The notes under the pieces were generated by a model, which did no database searches, was not told the origin of the DNA, and saw only the letters and a list, made by a program, of their open reading frames with translations. The position numbers and the translations under genes were made by a program. DNA of 63,582 nt, counting the filler, from Octopus bimaculoides (Eukaryota): assembly GCF_001194135.2 (NCBI RefSeq). It is 10 parts of 9 records of this genome, joined end to end, with 100 filler letters (N's around TTAATTAATTAA, not from the genome) between each part and the next. Parts side by side here need not be neighbours in the genome. Positions count along the whole stretch, not along the records: positions 59,638 to 63,582 come from NC_068987.1; 9 more parts are not named here. One strand, 5' to 3'. Positions 63,177-63,582 of this stretch are shown here, piece after piece (position 1 is the first letter of the stretch; each line of letters begins with the position of its first letter).

Positions 63177-63582
63177 AAGCAATTAAGAGTATGAAGACCG
63201 GGAAAGCCCCCGGCCCATCAGGAATCACTGCAGAGATGCTCAAAATATCTGGCAGTGTTGGCTATAGCCTAGTCACCCATATTACGAACCAGGTGATACA
63301 CGAAGGAGTCATACCCAATGACTGGTGTAGCAGCATCATAGTCAACTGCTACAAAGGTAAAGGTGACGCTTAAGATACAAATAATTACAGAGGCATCAAG
63401 CTGTTAGATCAGGTTATGAAAGTTACAGAGAGGGTCATAGCCCAACTAATTAGGGAGCGAATCAATTTAGATGAGATGCAGTTTGGGTTCGTGCCAGGTA
63501 AAAGCACTACTGATGCCTTATTTCTAGTGAGACAGCTGCAGGAGAAATACCTAGCTAAGGATAAACCTCTGTACCTGGCTTT
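63177..63582 (+). mobile_element. RTE-clade non-LTR retrotransposon (LINE), 5'-truncated reverse transcriptase N-terminal region; runs off window
   Basis: AIKSMKTGKAPGPSGITAEMLK...IPNDWCSSIIVNCYKGKGDA*DTNNYRGIKLLDQVMKVTERVI...EMQFGFVPGKSTTDALFLVRQLQEKY: KAPGPxG, NYRGIxL and QFGFxxGxST motifs of LINE RTs; single stop TAA at 63371-73. Confidence 0.92.

Overview
Eukaryotic, AT-rich, repeat-saturated draft scaffold with many N gaps and artificial TTAATTAATTAA spacers. The SINE families and microsatellite style point to a coleoid cephalopod, probably Octopus (inference, not database-checked). There is no complete gene, rRNA, true tRNA gene or CRISPR array. Contents: (i) many copies of two dominant tRNA-derived SINE families, here called A and B, plus rarer ones; (ii) decayed DNA transposons, namely two mariner/Tc1 transposase relics, pogo-like, hAT-like and Merlin-like MITEs (the latter two with exact 8-bp TSDs), and a Helentron-like element; (iii) a 5'-truncated RTE-clade LINE RT at the right edge; (iv) one plausible first coding exon (TOM6-like, 32289-32407) behind ETS-type motifs, and an unidentified relic reading frame at about 34.5-35.2 kb. 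The most interesting signal is a set of minimal type I hammerhead-ribozyme motifs of the Penelope/retrozyme kind. The best is at 51092-51133 (-): it is fully foldable, has a compensatory U3-A8 core, and lies in a 360-bp unit with 36-bp terminal redundancy (50866-51261). Also notable are a ~2-kb nested foldback with inverted telomere-like tracts (30-32 kb), a diverged inverted SINE duplication (22.7-23.1 kb), a perfect 54-bp inverted repeat (57.65-57.97 kb), and a mosaic re-copy of 51.4-57.7 kb at 59.3-59.5 kb. All alignments and folds were done by eye, and many element boundaries are approximate.
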